The position numbers and the translations under genes are program-made. Of a stretch of DNA of 64,000 bases, positions 18,470 to 31,700 are shown one piece after another (position 1 is the stretch's first letter; every line of letters starts with the position of its first letter). Below the pieces are notes generated by a model. That model worked only from the letters and a program-made list of their open reading frames with translations, was not told where the DNA came from and did not search any database. This DNA comes from Macrostomum lignano (taxonomy: Eukaryota): contig NIVC01000584.1 in the NCBI GenBank assembly GCA_002269645.1, positions 62,001 through 126,000 on the forward strand. The letters run 5' to 3'.

Positions 18470-20118
18470 AAAGATCTCACTTTGGGATCCCCCATGATTG
18501 TAGATTTTACTCTGGGGATCCCCCGTGATTGCAGATCTCACTGTGAGGATCCGCCGTGATTGCAGATCTCACTGTGAGGATCCGCCGTGATTGCAGATCT
18601 CACTGTGAGGATCCGCCGTGATTGCAGATCTCACTATGAGGATCCCCCCGTGATTGCAGATCTCACTGTGAGGATCCGCCGTGATTGCAGATCTCACTAT
18701 GAGGATCCGCCGTGATTGCAGATCTCACTGTGAGGATCCCCCCGTGATTGCAGATCTCACTTCGAGGATCCACGATTGCAAATCTCACTTCGAGGATCCA
18801 CGATTGCAAATCTCACTTCGAGGATCCACGATTGCAAATCTCACTTCGAGGATCCACCACGATTGCAGATCTTACTTTGGGGATCCCCCCGTGATTGCAG
18901 ATCTTACTTAAAGAATCCCCCCATGATTGCAGATCTCACTGTGAGGATCCCCCCGTGATTGCAGATCTCACTATGAGGATCCCCCCGTGATTGCAGATCT
19001 CACTGTGAGGATCCCCCGTGATTGCAGATCTCACTGTGAGGATCCCCCGTGATTGCAGATCTCACTGTGAGGATCCCCCGTGATTGCAGATCTCACTGTG
19101 AGGATCCCCCGTGATTGCAGATCTCACTATGAGGATCCCCCCGTGATTGCAGATCTCACTTCGAGGATCCACGATTGCAAATCTCACTTCGAGGATCCAC
19201 GATTGCAAATCTCACTTCGAGGATCCACGATTGCAAATCTCACTTCGAGGATCCACCACGATTGCAGATCTTACTTTGGGGATCCCCCGTGATTGCAGAT
19301 CTCACTTCGAGGATCCACGATTGCAAATCTCACTTCGAGGATCCACCACGATTGCAGATCTTACTTTGGGGATCCCCCGTGATTGCAGATCTCACTTCGA
19401 GGATCCCCCCATGATTGCAGATCTCACTGTGAGGATCCCCCATGATTGCAGATCTCACTGTGAGGATCCCCCATGATTGCAGATCTCACTGTGAGGATCC
19501 CCCATGGTTGCAGATCTCACTGTGAGGACCCCCCATGATTGCAGATCTCACTGTGAGGATCCCCCATGATTGCAGATCTCACTGTGAGGATCCCCCCATG
19601 ATTGCAGGTGTCACTTCGAGGATCCACCACGATTGCAGATCTCACTGTGAGGATCCCCCATGATTGCAGATCTCACTGTGAGGATCCCCCATGGTTGCAG
19701 ATCTCACTGTGAGGACCCCCCATGATTGCAGATCTCACTGTGAGGACCCCCCATGGTTGCAGATCTCACTGTGAGGATCCCTCATGGTTGCAGATCTCAC
19801 TGTGAGGATCCCCCATGATTGCAGATCTCACTGTGAGGATCCCCCATGATTGCAGATCTCACTGTGAGGATCCCCCATGATTGCAGATCTCACTGTGAGG
19901 ATCCCCCATGATTGCAGATCTCACTGTGAGGATCCCCCCATGATTGCAGATCTCACTGTGAGGATCCCCCATGATTGCAGATCTCACTGTGAGGATCCCC
20001 CATGATTGCAGATCTCACTGTGAGGATCCCCCCATGATTGCAGATCTCACTGTGAGGATCCCCCCCATGATTGCAGGTGTCACTTCGAGGATCCACCACG
20101 ATTGCAGATCTCACTTTG
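18470..20118. repeat. ~26-33-bp quasi-palindromic minisatellite (GATTGCAGATCTCACTGTGAGGATCCCCC[C]AT)
   Basis: Direct reading; BglII and BamHI sites in most units. Confidence 0.95.
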
Positions 20119-20649
20119 ATGATTCCCAATGATATCTGAGTCCACAAACTAAACTGATATTTTTGATAATGCAATTGCAAAAATCTAATTTCAAAATAAA
20201 GCAGCCAGCTCATCAAGATATTTATCGATATTTATTCGATCATTTCGCAACAGCAATTGATAATTGAATAAGCAGTTGTTAATGCGTTGGCGGTTCTGTA
20301 TTTGCCTGGTTAAAGACATTCAATTGCAGTTCAACAGAGCCTGGACATTGTGATTAAACGCGGGTGCATATTAATGAAAAATAAAACAGTCCATGCTAAC
20401 TGATGGGTGATTGACAAAGCAAATATACGCTCGTATTGATACTCAAATAGTTTACAAAAATAAAAATGCAAAGTCTGCCACGAACAGAAAATATTCAATA
20501 AAACACAAGTCAATGTACATTGAACAGCGGCACAAGGGATTGCAGACGCGCAAACAGGAGGGCACAGAGCGGCTTTTAATAACAGTTCAACAACTCGTTG
20601 CCCCGGGTTCGAATACTGGTCCGCGCTTGCGAACTGCGACTGAGCGGAG

Positions 20650-21050
20650 GCGGGGCGGATAACAGAGACTGTGAGAGCAAGGGCAAGAAAGGGGGCGGAT
20701 AAAGAGAAAGGGCGGATGAGGGGGCGGATAACGGAAAATAAGGGCGGCTGGAGGGGCGGATAACGGAGGGTAAGGGCGGATGGGGGCGGATAACGTAGAG
20801 AAAGGGCGGATGAGGGGCGGATGACGGAAAATAAGGGCGAATGGGGGCGAATAACGGAGGGTAAGGGCGGATGAAGGGGCGGATAACGGAAAATAAGGGC
20901 GGATGGAGGGGCGGATAACGGAGGGTAAGGGTGGATGAAGGGGCGGATAACGGAAAATAAGGGCGAATGGGGGCGAATAACGAAGGGTAAGGGCGAATGG
21001 ACGGGCGAATAACGGAGGGTAAGGGCGTATGGGAGCGGATAACGGAGAAG
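20650..21050. repeat. G-rich GGGCGGATAACGGA-type tandem repeat
   Basis: Direct reading. Confidence 0.85.
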
Positions 21051-21093
21051 GGCAGATGAAGTCAGGTCAAGCAGGAGTAACTCGCGAAGGCGG

Positions 21094-24000
21094 TCAGGCG
21101 GTGCCGGAGGCGGGCGGCGGAGCGCCGTCTCCCGGCCGGTTCTTCTGCAGCGGCGCCTTCAAAGCCCAGCTTGGCGCAGCCTCGGGCGGCGGCCGCTGCG
21201 ACCGCGATCGGACGGGGTCGCGGATGCACCTGGCCAGCTGCTGCTTCTGCTTGGTGGTGGCGCAGTTGTCCGCGTAAACCTGGTCCAGCTGCCGCTTCAG
21301 CCGCTTCACCTCGTCGGACTCCCAGGACAGCTCGCGGACCCGCAGCTGGTCGGCGCCGCCGGAGCCGCACTCCTCATCCGAGCTGGTGTACTCCCTGGTG
21401 AGGATCACGCGGAACTTCTCCAGCTCGTCGGAGGTCAGGCTGGTGGCCACGAGTTCGAAACTTTTCTGACGGCGGTTCAGCTTCTGCAAGTTCGGGGGAA
21501 GCGAGGCAAGACTGCGAGAGCTGGCTGCTTTGAGATTCATTTCAGTCATAGCCTTCATACAGTGGCTTTTCAGTCATAGCTCAGGTCATAGAGTGGTGGC
21601 TTTTCAGTCATAGCTCAGATCTCATACAGCGGCTGTTCAGTCATAGCTCAGGTCATGCAGTGGCTTTTCAGTCATAGATCAGGTCATGCAGTGGCTTTTC
21701 AGTCATAGATCAGGTCATGCAGTGGCTTTTCAGTCATAGCTCAGGTCATGCAGTGGCTTTTCGACAGCTCAGTACAGTTTAAACAGAAGCAAATCAGAGA
21801 GGAATCATTTTTCATATCATGATGGCATTGACTACTGATCAGCAGTCAGTACAGTAGTTCCAATAGCATGTAACAAATATTTTCATATCGCAGCCTGAAA
21901 GCTCTGAAATCGAGTTTTGAACCCGGACCAACATCTGAACGAAATCTGTTGCGCATCTTCTTTCTAAAGTCGGCGAATATGCAGATCAATCGGCTGTTCA
22001 TGGGCAGCTCTGCAACGCGCGCGATGGGTAACTGTTTGCTGGCAATTCTGTGTGCTGTACAATTCACAGTCTGAGTTGTCAGGAAACGTCTGGCATTGTA
22101 ACAGGCTGAGCGATAAGTTACAGCGGGTAAAGGTTGCTGGCCCGGGGCCCACAGTGCCAGCAATGTACAGCCTCACACCCCCCCCACGGTGCACCGCGCA
22201 ATTACGTTGGTCTGCTAGCGTATCTGTGTCTGTCTGTTTGCCTATCTTAGTGTTTGTTTGCCTGCCGGCCTGTCTGTCAATCAATCAATTTGTCTGTCTA
22301 CCAATCTAGCTACCCTGCCTACCCCGCCAAGGCAGAGCAATCAAAAATGGGGAAAAGCAAACAACACAGATGAGGCGAAAAGCCACCCAGCTGCACTGAC
22401 ATCAGAGCGGGACTTGAATCGCCTTTTCTTTTTAAAGTCGCCAAAAATGGCGAGCAGGCGGGCCTTGGGCGGCAGATCTGCAAGCGGCAGTCGGTGGCGT
22501 GACGGACACGGGGGGTTCGCACAATTGCAGCACCCGGCCATTGTCGGGAAACGTCTCAGCACTGAAGCGGAATTCGCAGAGCCCCATAGAAACACCTAAA
22601 GCAATTATCACTAACATCCATCCGAAACCTGGTGCGCATTTTCTTTCTAAAATCGTTGAATATGGCGGTCGGCCGGCCGGTGTGCGGCAGCCCTGCAACA
22701 GCGGGGCAGTCAGGTCAAGTGTTAGCAAGCACAAGCCTCACACAGCAGTGAGCTTACAGGCAGCCGGGAAACGTCAAAAAATTAAATAAAAACCTAAACA
22801 GAGAAAATCGGGCACGCACGCCAAGCACCAGCCTAGCGCGCATCTTCTGCCTAAAATCGGTGAACATCTTCCTGATTTTGCCGCTGGAAGGCAGATCTAA
22901 AAATAGATGTAAAAAGTGAGCCGAGCACTCCTCAATACACTACTGACTGGCGTGAGTAGACGATAGCGACTTTGGTAGAAATTTGCTACGCAAAGCCAAA
23001 TCTGCTCAACTTTAGTCAGGAAACGCCGATATGCATCGTAGAAAATTTTTGACAGAAAAAATTCCCAACACAACAGAGAAAGTGCGGAACTGTGACAATT
23101 GCGTACAACGAGTCGCAGCTTGTTTCGGATTTGACTTCTGAAAACAAAGAAAATCTCGGACAGGCGGCCGACTTTCGGCAGTCCTGCGGGAAAATCGCCT
23201 CAGACTCTGGGTGCACTTATAGGTGTGAGTGTTTTAGCCAACTGTCCAGACGGGAAACGTCGAATTGATTGTAAAATTGTAGACTTATTTATCACTGACT
23301 TGCTTAACCCAGCGCAAAGACAGGCGGACATCAAAGGCTCAGGGGGAGGGAGGCGGCTTATCAAAGGCTCAGGGGGAGAGGCGGCTCATCAAAGGCTCAG
23401 GGGGAGGGAGGCGGCTTATCAAAGGCACAACACAAGGGGAGAGGCGGCTCATCAAAGGCACAGGAGAGGCGGCTCATCAAAGGCTCAGGGGGAGAGGCGG
23501 CTCATCAAAGGCTCAGGGGGAGGGAGGCGGCTGATCAAAGGCACAGGGGGAGAGGCGACTGATCAAAGGCACAGGGGGAGAGGCGGCTCATCAAAGGCTC
23601 AGGGGGAGAGGCGGCTCATCAAAGGCTCAGGGGGAGGGAGGCGGCTGATCAAAGGCACAGGGGGAGAGGCGGCTGATCAAAGGCACAGGGGGAGAGGCGG
23701 CTCATCAAAGGCTCAGGGGGAGGGAGGCGGCTCATCAAAGGCACAAGGGGAGAGGCGGCTTATCAAAGGCTCAGGGGGAGGGAGGCGGCTTATCAAAGGC
23801 ACAGAAGGAGAGGCGGCTTATCAAAGGCTCAGGGGAGAGGCGGCTCATCAAAGGCTCAGGGGAAGGGAGGCCGCTCATCAAAGGCACAGGGGCAGAGGCA
23901 GCTGATCAAGGTACAGGGGAGGGCACAGGGGGAGGGAACTCACAATCTGCCTGTGCTTGGCGCGCAGACGGGCTCCATAGGTGCAGTGAATCCGATTCAC

Positions 24001-26661
24001 TCTGGACTCTTTGGGCAGCCCTGGGCAAATTGGAGGCCAGAAACATATTGGCAAAACTGTTTTGAGCAAAGCCTGTTATAAAGACGCGAGTCTGGGCGAA
24101 CATCGCAAGCAGGACAGTGGAGGCTGGTGTGACACAAAAAACCGATAGAAACAGAGCTGACCAGCAAAGCTTACAACGCATCGATGCTTAAACCTCATCT
24201 TTTGCCGAAAATCCAGGTACAGGTAGACTAGCCTTGAGCCGTAGGGCAGTTCTAAGTGTGAGTTGAGCAGTTCAGCTTTATTCAAAACTCATTCTAAATG
24301 GCCAATAAGAAACGTCGAATAGGCAACAGTCTCAGTAGCATTACATCGCTTTACCACCTGCTAACTGTAGGCAGTTCGGCAATAGAAATAATGCAAATAA
24401 TTAATTAGATAATTAATGCATAATTAAGTCTCTGATTGTGTCTCAAATAGTCAGACATGAACCTATTAGAAGCAGCCCAAGTTGAAAGGAGATTAAAATT
24501 AGTTATTAAATATTTCTTGTACCCAAATTACTTGCGACGTTTCCAGACTTGAGGGCAGGTAAAATTAGCACATTAGCGCAGCCTATAGATACTACTTGGC
24601 TAGTCTGTGCGAGTAGTATTAATAGAATATAACTAAGATAAGATTTTACGATTAATCTATTCTATTAACTACTTCATACGCAGTGTAATCTTAATTAAGA
24701 GTTGTATTCTACACATCATTTATCAACTTATCAAACTTTATATCTAAATGCACAAAAAGCGGCACTGATTCTCACTCAGCCAAATGTCCTCGGGCCAGCC
24801 CTTGCCCTGGGCCATCTCCTTGGCTTTGGCGGTGACGCGGGTGGCAACTCGCTGGTTGTGCTCCGAAGAGAAGCTGTGGGGCCGGCGGTGGGGGAGGCGG
24901 CGCTCTTGAGTCCACAGAGATCAGGGCTGGCTCAGGGTTGAGTTCAAGGGGTGGCTCAGGGTTGAGTTCAGGGGCTGGCTCAGGGTTGAGATCAGGGGGT
25001 GGCTCAGAGTTGAGTTCAGGGGGTGGCTCAGGGTTGAGTTCAGGGGCTGGCTCAGGGTTGAGATCAGGGGGTGGCTCAGAGTTGAGTTCAGGGGGTGGCT
25101 CAGAGTTGAGTTCAGGGGTGGCTCAGAGTTGAGTTCAGGGGGTGGCTCAGGATTGAGCTCAGGGGGTGGCTCAGGGTTAAGTTCAGGGGGTGGCTCAGGG
25201 TTGAGTTCAGGGGCTGGCTCAGGGTTGAGATCAGGGGGTGGCTCAGAGTTGAGTTCAGGGGGTGGCTCAGAGTTGAGTTCAGGGGGTGGCTCAGAGTTGA
25301 GTTCAGGGGGTGGCTCAGGATTGAGCTCAGGGGGTGGCTCAGGGTTAAGTTCAGGGGGTGGCTCAGGGTTGAGTTCAAGGGGTGGCTCAGGGTTGAGTTC
25401 AGGGAATGGCTCAGACTTGAGTTCAGGGGTGGCTCAGGGTTTGTTCAGGGGTGGCTCAGGGTTTGTTCAGGGTAGCCTAACCAGGGTTTGCATTTTGGCT
25501 GATGTAAGGTCGAAGATTTCTAGAGGCGTTTCCAGACTGAGGCCGGGACTGGTAACCGGCGTGCCAGCTAAGGAGACTCACGGCAGGCTGAAGTCAAACA
25601 GATGCGGCCCGTTGCCCTTGAGAGCTTTGTAAGCCCGGCGCATGATGGTCTTGCACTCGGCCGGCATCGAGCTGTCGCCTGCGCCGCCGCCGACCCCGCC
25701 GAGTCGCGGCATTTTGGCGGGCGACGGGCCGACGCCACCGAAGGCGCCGATGCCGCTAGCGCCAAAGCTGCTGTCGTCGAAGTAGTCGGTGATGACGCAA
25801 TCGTCATCCTCGTCTTCATCATCGGCGTCCTCTTCCAAGATCTCCGGCGGCTCCAGCTGTTCGCCGAAGTTTGCGTTAGCGGCGGATGGCAGGGCGGAAG
25901 CGCCGGCCGCGTCAAAGTTCTCCATCTGTTGAGCACCAGAAGAGAAGAGAATGACGGCGACATCAAAGAGACGGGAAAGGCGGCGACATCAAAGGAGTGG
26001 GGAAAGGCGGCGACATCAAAGGAGTGGGGAAAGGCGGCGACATCAAAGGAGTGGGGAAAGTCGGCGACATCAGAGGAGATGGGAAAGGCGGCGACATCAG
26101 AGGAGATGGGAAAGTCGGCGACATCAGAGGAGATGGGAAAGGCGGCGACATCAGAGGAGATGGGAAAGGCGGCGACATCAGAGGAGATGGGAAAGTCCGC
26201 GACATCAAATATAATAGGAAAGGCGCCGACATCACAACGCGGTGAATAGGAAATACCTTGATGGTGCCAAGGGCGGAGCGCAGCACTGAGGTGCACTGCT
26301 GCTCCGTGTCGGTGTCGCCTAGCAGTTTCTCCTCCTTAGCGAAGCGTCTGCTAGAAGCGGCAGCAGCCGACGAGGATGAAGTGGCTTCGGCAGCCTCGGC
26401 AGCGGAGCCGTGGCTTTGATCCAGGCCGGCGGCCTCCAGCTCGGCGAGGTGGTCGCTGCGCTCACACAGGCGGCCGTAGCGCGGCTCCATGACCTGGACA
26501 ACGTGGCTGTGCAGGCCGCCGATGATGCGCAGGGCGGAGAACAGCTCCCGCTCGGCCATGGACTCCACCAGCATCTGCGCGTTGGTGATGGTGGACTCGA
26601 ACAGGGTCAGGGGTGAAAAAACGCCCCCGGTGATGGAGTGGCTAGGCAGAATGTCCGTCAT
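21094..26661 (-). CDS. C14orf93/DUF4616-like protein, paralogue A, ~437 aa; complement(join(26257-26661,25582-25925,24776-24873,23944-24020,21094-21483))
   Basis: Exons join in frame at GT-AG sites and align with paralogue B: FSPLTLFE.TITNAQML, AYK.LKGNGPHLFDF, F...NQRV, RRQKSFEL, YTSSDEE, RVREL.WES, P.WAL. The 77-nt exon 4 is least certain. The family name is recalled motif similarity. Confidence 0.75.
21540..21770. repeat. 31-bp minisatellite (CAGTCATAGCTCAGGTCATGCAGTGGCTTTT)
   Basis: Direct reading. Confidence 0.85.
23325..23935. repeat. 27-31-bp minisatellite (GGCGGCTCATCAAAGGCTCAGGGGGAGA), paralogue A intron 4
   Basis: Direct reading. Confidence 0.9.
24922..25468. repeat. 24-bp minisatellite (GGTGGCTCAGGGTTGAGTTCAGGG), paralogue A intron 2
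   Basis: Direct reading. Confidence 0.93.
25960..26235. repeat. 27-bp minisatellite (GGAAAGGCGGCGACATCAGAGGAGATG), paralogue A intron 1
   Basis: Direct reading; 9-aa periodicity in the ORF track. Confidence 0.85.
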
Positions 26662-26729
26662 TGTTTGGTGGTGAAAGGCTACATGCAAAAGCGTAATTGC
26701 AGACTTGACTCATTGCGCTAGAAGGGAAT

Positions 26730-27145
26730 CCCAGACATTTAATGTACGCAGTGGGTTAGGCAGTGAGGGGTGGGTGCTGGAGAGGAATTCCAGACATTCA
26801 ATGTACGCAGTGGGGTAGGCAGTGAGGGGTGGGTGCTGGAGAGGAATTCCAGACATTCAATGTACGCAGTGGGGTAGGCAGTGAGGGGTGGGTGCTGGAG
26901 AGGAATTCCAGACATTCAATGTACGCAGTGGGTAGGCAGTGAGGGGTGGGTGCTTGAGGGGGATCTCAGACACTCAATGTACGCAGTGGGGTAGGCAGTG
27001 AGGGGTGGGTGCTGGAGGGGAATCTCAGGCCCTCAATGTACGCAGTGGGGTAAGCAGTGAGGGGTGGGTGCTGGAGGGGAATCCCAGACATTCAATGTAC
27101 GCTGTGGGGTAGGCAGTCAGGGGGATGGGTGCTGGAGGGGAATCC
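26730..27145. repeat. 59-bp tandem repeat x7
   Basis: AGACATTCAATGTACGCAGTGGGGTAGGCAGTGAGGGGTGGGTGCTGGAGAGGAATTCC units. Confidence 0.9.
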
Positions 27146-27734
27146 CAGGAACTAAACATGCACTATGCACTACACTATGCTATAATAATAAAGCCTGGTC
27201 TATTTCACTACATGAGCAAAGCTTCAGAACAGTAATACAACTGCATTTTTCCGATAATGAATCGGCAACAACAGAAAAAGAATGAAAAATTCTTTAGCAA
27301 ATAAATTTATTATTATCATATTGTTATGTAATTATCGTATTTTATAGCATGTACAGAACGAGACAGTGTGTTAACGCAAAAGCAAAGCTGCGGAAATGAC
27401 TGGGGGCAGTTAAACAACAGCAAAAAATAATAAACACATGAAAACAGAATACAGGCAAACTTATTACAGATTAACAAGTGAACAGAGACATGTGACAATG
27501 TGGGGTTTATGAAAGTTCGCTAATTGCAATAATATTTACTGACTGGGATAGCAGCAACAAGTAAAATATTATAGATAAGAGACGAATTGCGCAACTACTC
27601 GCAGTGCAAATATTGAAGCTTAAATGCAGCAAATACTTTTCCCCAGGTATTGAAATCGCATGGAGCCTCTGTGCCAGCATTGGAGAGCTATTCAAATTTT
27701 GATTCGAAAAGTCAACATTGACAGCATGACGAAC

Positions 27735-28565
27735 TCGATGGGAGAGACCAGGTGTGCCGGGTTCCCCATGGATGGGAGAGACCAGGTGTGCCGGGTACCC
27801 CATGGATGGGAGAGACCATGGATGGGAGAGACCAGGTGTGCCGGGTACCCCATGGATGGGAGAGACCAGGTGTGCCGGGTTCCCCATGGATGGGAGAGAC
27901 CAGGTGTGCCGGGTACCCCATGGATGGGGGAGACCAGGTGTGGCGGTATCCCATGGATGGGGGAGACCAGGTGTGCCGGGTACCCCATGGATGGGAGAGA
28001 CCAGGTGTGCCGGGTTCCCCATGGATGGGAGAGACCAGGTGTGCCGGGTACCCCATGGATGGGGGAGACCAGGTGTGGCGGTATCCCATGGATGGGGGAG
28101 ACCAGGTGTGCCGGGTACCCCATGGATGGGGGAGACCAGGTGTGGCGGTATCCCATGGATGGGGGAGACCAGGTGTGGCGGTATCCCATGGATGGGGGAG
28201 ACCAGGTGTGGCGGTATCCCATGGATGGGGGAGACCAGGTGTGGCGGTATCCCATGGATGGGAGAGACCAGGTGTGCCGGGTACCCCATGGATGGGAGAG
28301 ACCAGGTGTGCCGGGTACCCCATGGATGGGAGAGACCAGGTGTGCCGGGTTCCCCATGGATGGGAGAGACCAGGTGTGCCGGGTATCCCATGGATGGGAG
28401 AGACCAGGTGTGGCGGTATCCCATGGATGGGGGAGACCAGGTGTGGCGGGTATCCCATGGATGGGGGAGACCAGGTGTGGCGGTATCCCATGGATGGGGG
28501 AGACCAGGTGTGGCGGTATCCCATGGATGGGAGAGACCAGGTGTGGCGGGTATCCCATGGATGGA
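27735..28565. repeat. 33-34-bp minisatellite (CCATGGATGGGAGAGACCAGGTGTGCCGGGTACC)
   Basis: Direct reading. Confidence 0.95.
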
Positions 28566-28712
28566 AGAGAACACGAACAAAACTGGGTGTCAGAAACAAT
28601 TGCAATAAAGAATGGTTGGCCCTAAATTCGTCACAGTTAGTTGGGTAAACGGCGCGAGTAACCCTATAGTTCGCGAATCAACCAGCTCGCCACCTAATCA
28701 GTCTGGCAAGCA

Positions 28713-31700
28713 TTAGCGGTACTCATTAGACAGCGCCCAGGACGGGCAGTTGGCAGGTGGAGTCCTGCCGCTGACGCAGCCGGAGTCGCGCACTGTGCTG
28801 CGCAACTGCTGCGCCTGCTTCTGAGTTGCGCAATTCTCCAGATAGATCGAGTCCAGCTGCTGCTTCATCTCGCGCAGCTCCGCAGATTCCCAGGGCAGCT
28901 CGCGGACTCGAAGGACGCCTCCGCCGCCTCCTCCGTCATCGCCGCTCGCGCTGGCGCCGCCGCTGCCAACATCGGCTTCCTCATCAGACGAAGTGTAGTC
29001 CCGGGACAAAATGATGCGGTACTTGTCGAACTTGTCGGTGGATAAACTGGTTGCTAGCAGTTCGAAGCTCTTCTGCCGTCTGGCCAGTTTCTGATGGGTC
29101 AGAAAACAGGAGCTGCATGTGGCGTGTGGGACACGGAGAGGGAGATGGAGAGGTAGGTCGGGAGAGGGAGATGGAGAGGGAGGTCGGGAGGGGGAGATGA
29201 AGGTAGATTGAAAAGAGGAGATGGAGAGGGAGGTTTGGAGGGGGAGATAGAGAGGGAGGTTTGGAGGGGGAGATAGAGAGGGAGGTTTGGAGGGGGAGAT
29301 AGAAAGGGAGGTTGGGAGGGGGAGATAGAGAGGGAGGCTGGGAGGGGGAGATGGAGGTTGGAAAGGGGAGATGGAGAGCGGGAGGCAGCGAGGTGTAATA
29401 TCACGCAGCCCATTCAATTTTAAAGATGAGGCATCATGTCAGTCGTATAAATGAGAGCAGAAAAGTCCCTGATTAGCACCTACTTCCTAAAAGCCTATAT
29501 GCGTCTTACCGACCCAATTGGTTAATTCACAACAAAGGATAAAACCCGGTGGAAAAAGTAAGCAAATGAGCATAGACTGCATGGTTTTACTTTATTTTTC
29601 AGGCGCCCCTTGCGCTGATAGAAGACGTCTCTTTCGCGCTTGTGCGCCACAGCTTTCTTCAATAGCAGCCACAATTCCTCAGCGCAGCCTGCAATGCAGC
29701 GCACGGCGCAGGTGTTACTGCCGGGCGGTCCTGAAACACTGGATTCAATCTCTAACGGAGCTGGCTAAACTGGGACGGCCGGGCCTTGCTTTTGATGCTG
29801 CGTGAAATTTGTTACCATCGTTACCGGGTTGCTATGCACCTCCAACAGGCATGCAACCTATCAATTTATCAGAATAAATTTAATAGGGATTAGTCAGTAG
29901 AGATTAATTTGAAATTAGTAGGGCTAGGACTTTTGACTGCGGGATTATGATTTCCGACTGTGTGATTGGGACTTCTGACTGCGGGATTGTGATTTCCGAC
30001 TGTGTGATTGTGACTTCTGACTGTGGGATTGTGACTTCTGACTATGGGATTGTGACTTCTGACTATGGGCTTGGGATTTGACTGTGGGATTGGGACTTCT
30101 AACTGCGGGATTAGGACTTCTGACTGTGAGATTGGGACTTCTGACTGTGGGATTGGGACTTCCCACTGTGAGATTGGGACTTCTGACTGTGGGATTGTGA
30201 CTTACGACTGTGAGATTGTGACTTCTGACTGTGGGATTGGGACTTCTGAGTGCGGGATTGGGATTTGTGACTGCGAGATTGAGACTTCTGACTGTGGGAT
30301 TGGGACTTCTGAGTGCGGGATTGGGATTTCTGACTGCGAGATTGAGACTTCTGACAGTGGGATTGTTACTTTTGACTGTGGGATTGTGACTTACGACTGT
30401 GAGATTGTGACTTCTGACTGTGGGATTGTGACTTCTGACTATGGGATTGTGACTTCTGACTATGGGATTGGGACTTCTGACTGCGGGATTGGGACTTCTG
30501 ACTATGGGATTGGGACTTGACAGTGGGATTCGAACGGATTCGACTGTCAGACCAGATCTTGGCTATTAAAGCTTGCTCTTTTAATAGCCCAGAACAAACA
30601 CGGGACTGAACACACCGGACTGCAGAAGCAAAAGCTAATATCAAAGACCCAATCCGGACCAGGGCAGTGTTTACCTTGAGTTTGCTGCGGAATTTCCGCA
30701 CAGAATGCTTAGTATAGTGCCGCTTCTCCAATATGCTGTGCTGCAGATCAGCAAACGCAGCACTGGACAGGCCTGAAACAGTTTAAAAAGAAATCCCCAA
30801 CCCCAAAGAGGATTAAGATTGCGCTAAGAAACCATGGGAAGTGTTAGCCGCGGACCTTGCGTTTGATGCGCGATTAGGCAGTGATTTATGAAACAAGCAG
30901 GCTTGCACTGCAAATAGTTATAGTTATTTATAATACGTACGCTGTTCATAAGCCTGCGAGCTCGCATTCTGTGCTTCATTCGCTCCCTATGCTTGTCATA
31001 TTTGGTTAACTCATCGTACACGCTGGGGAAGCAGTGCTCTGCAATAAGGTCAGTAAGCGGTCCAATCCAGTGTGCTATTATTGCATAGATACTGCCTAGC
31101 TGCACTCTAGTCGATATGGGCCAACTCTTTGCCACCGAATCGCTACGAATTTTTATAAAAGCGTATAACAACGATTAACAGGATGAACAATGGGCGAATG
31201 GGCCAGGGACCACTGGAGCTTATCTGGACTGGACACTGGGATCTTTGAGTGTCGTCATGAATACCTTTTGAATATATACCCAATTTGACTAACCCCCCCC
31301 CATGCTCGCCCCAGTCCAGTCCAGCGGGAACTCCAGACGCCCATGGCAACAGCTGATTAAGCAACTATTAGAAGCGACAAAACTGCAACTCAGAAAAACA
31401 AGATGGGAAGGGAAGGCAGATGCGACTCCTTACAGACTTCTGCCCGGCAACGCGGCGCATTCGGACTCGAGTGAGCACGCGATTTTTCTCCTCGGCATAA
31501 AATGCTCGAGCAGCTTTATTGTCTGCAAGGCGAGTGGCATGCCTTTCTATGTTTACGGGTTAACACTTGGTTACAGGTTAACAGCGCTGGCACAGCAAGT
31601 CAGTTTATTTGCCTGTCCCCCTAGTTATAACCATGACCTAACAGAGTTTGCAGACACACGCAGCTCAGTGAGCACACAGTCTCAAATAAACCTACGTTGC

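Noticed and set aside
20601-20626. B-box-like GGTTCGAAT (also at ~39347 and ~48736) as tRNA genes
   Set aside because: No cloverleaf or convincing acceptor stem; at most SINE debris
24938-25632. Gly/Ser-rich loricrin-like ORF (GGGSGLSS)n
   Set aside because: Antisense translation of a 24-bp intronic minisatellite of paralogue A
27507-28648. Six overlapping 280-360-aa ORFs on both strands
   Set aside because: All frames are open because the 33-34-bp unit lacks stops; no domain content
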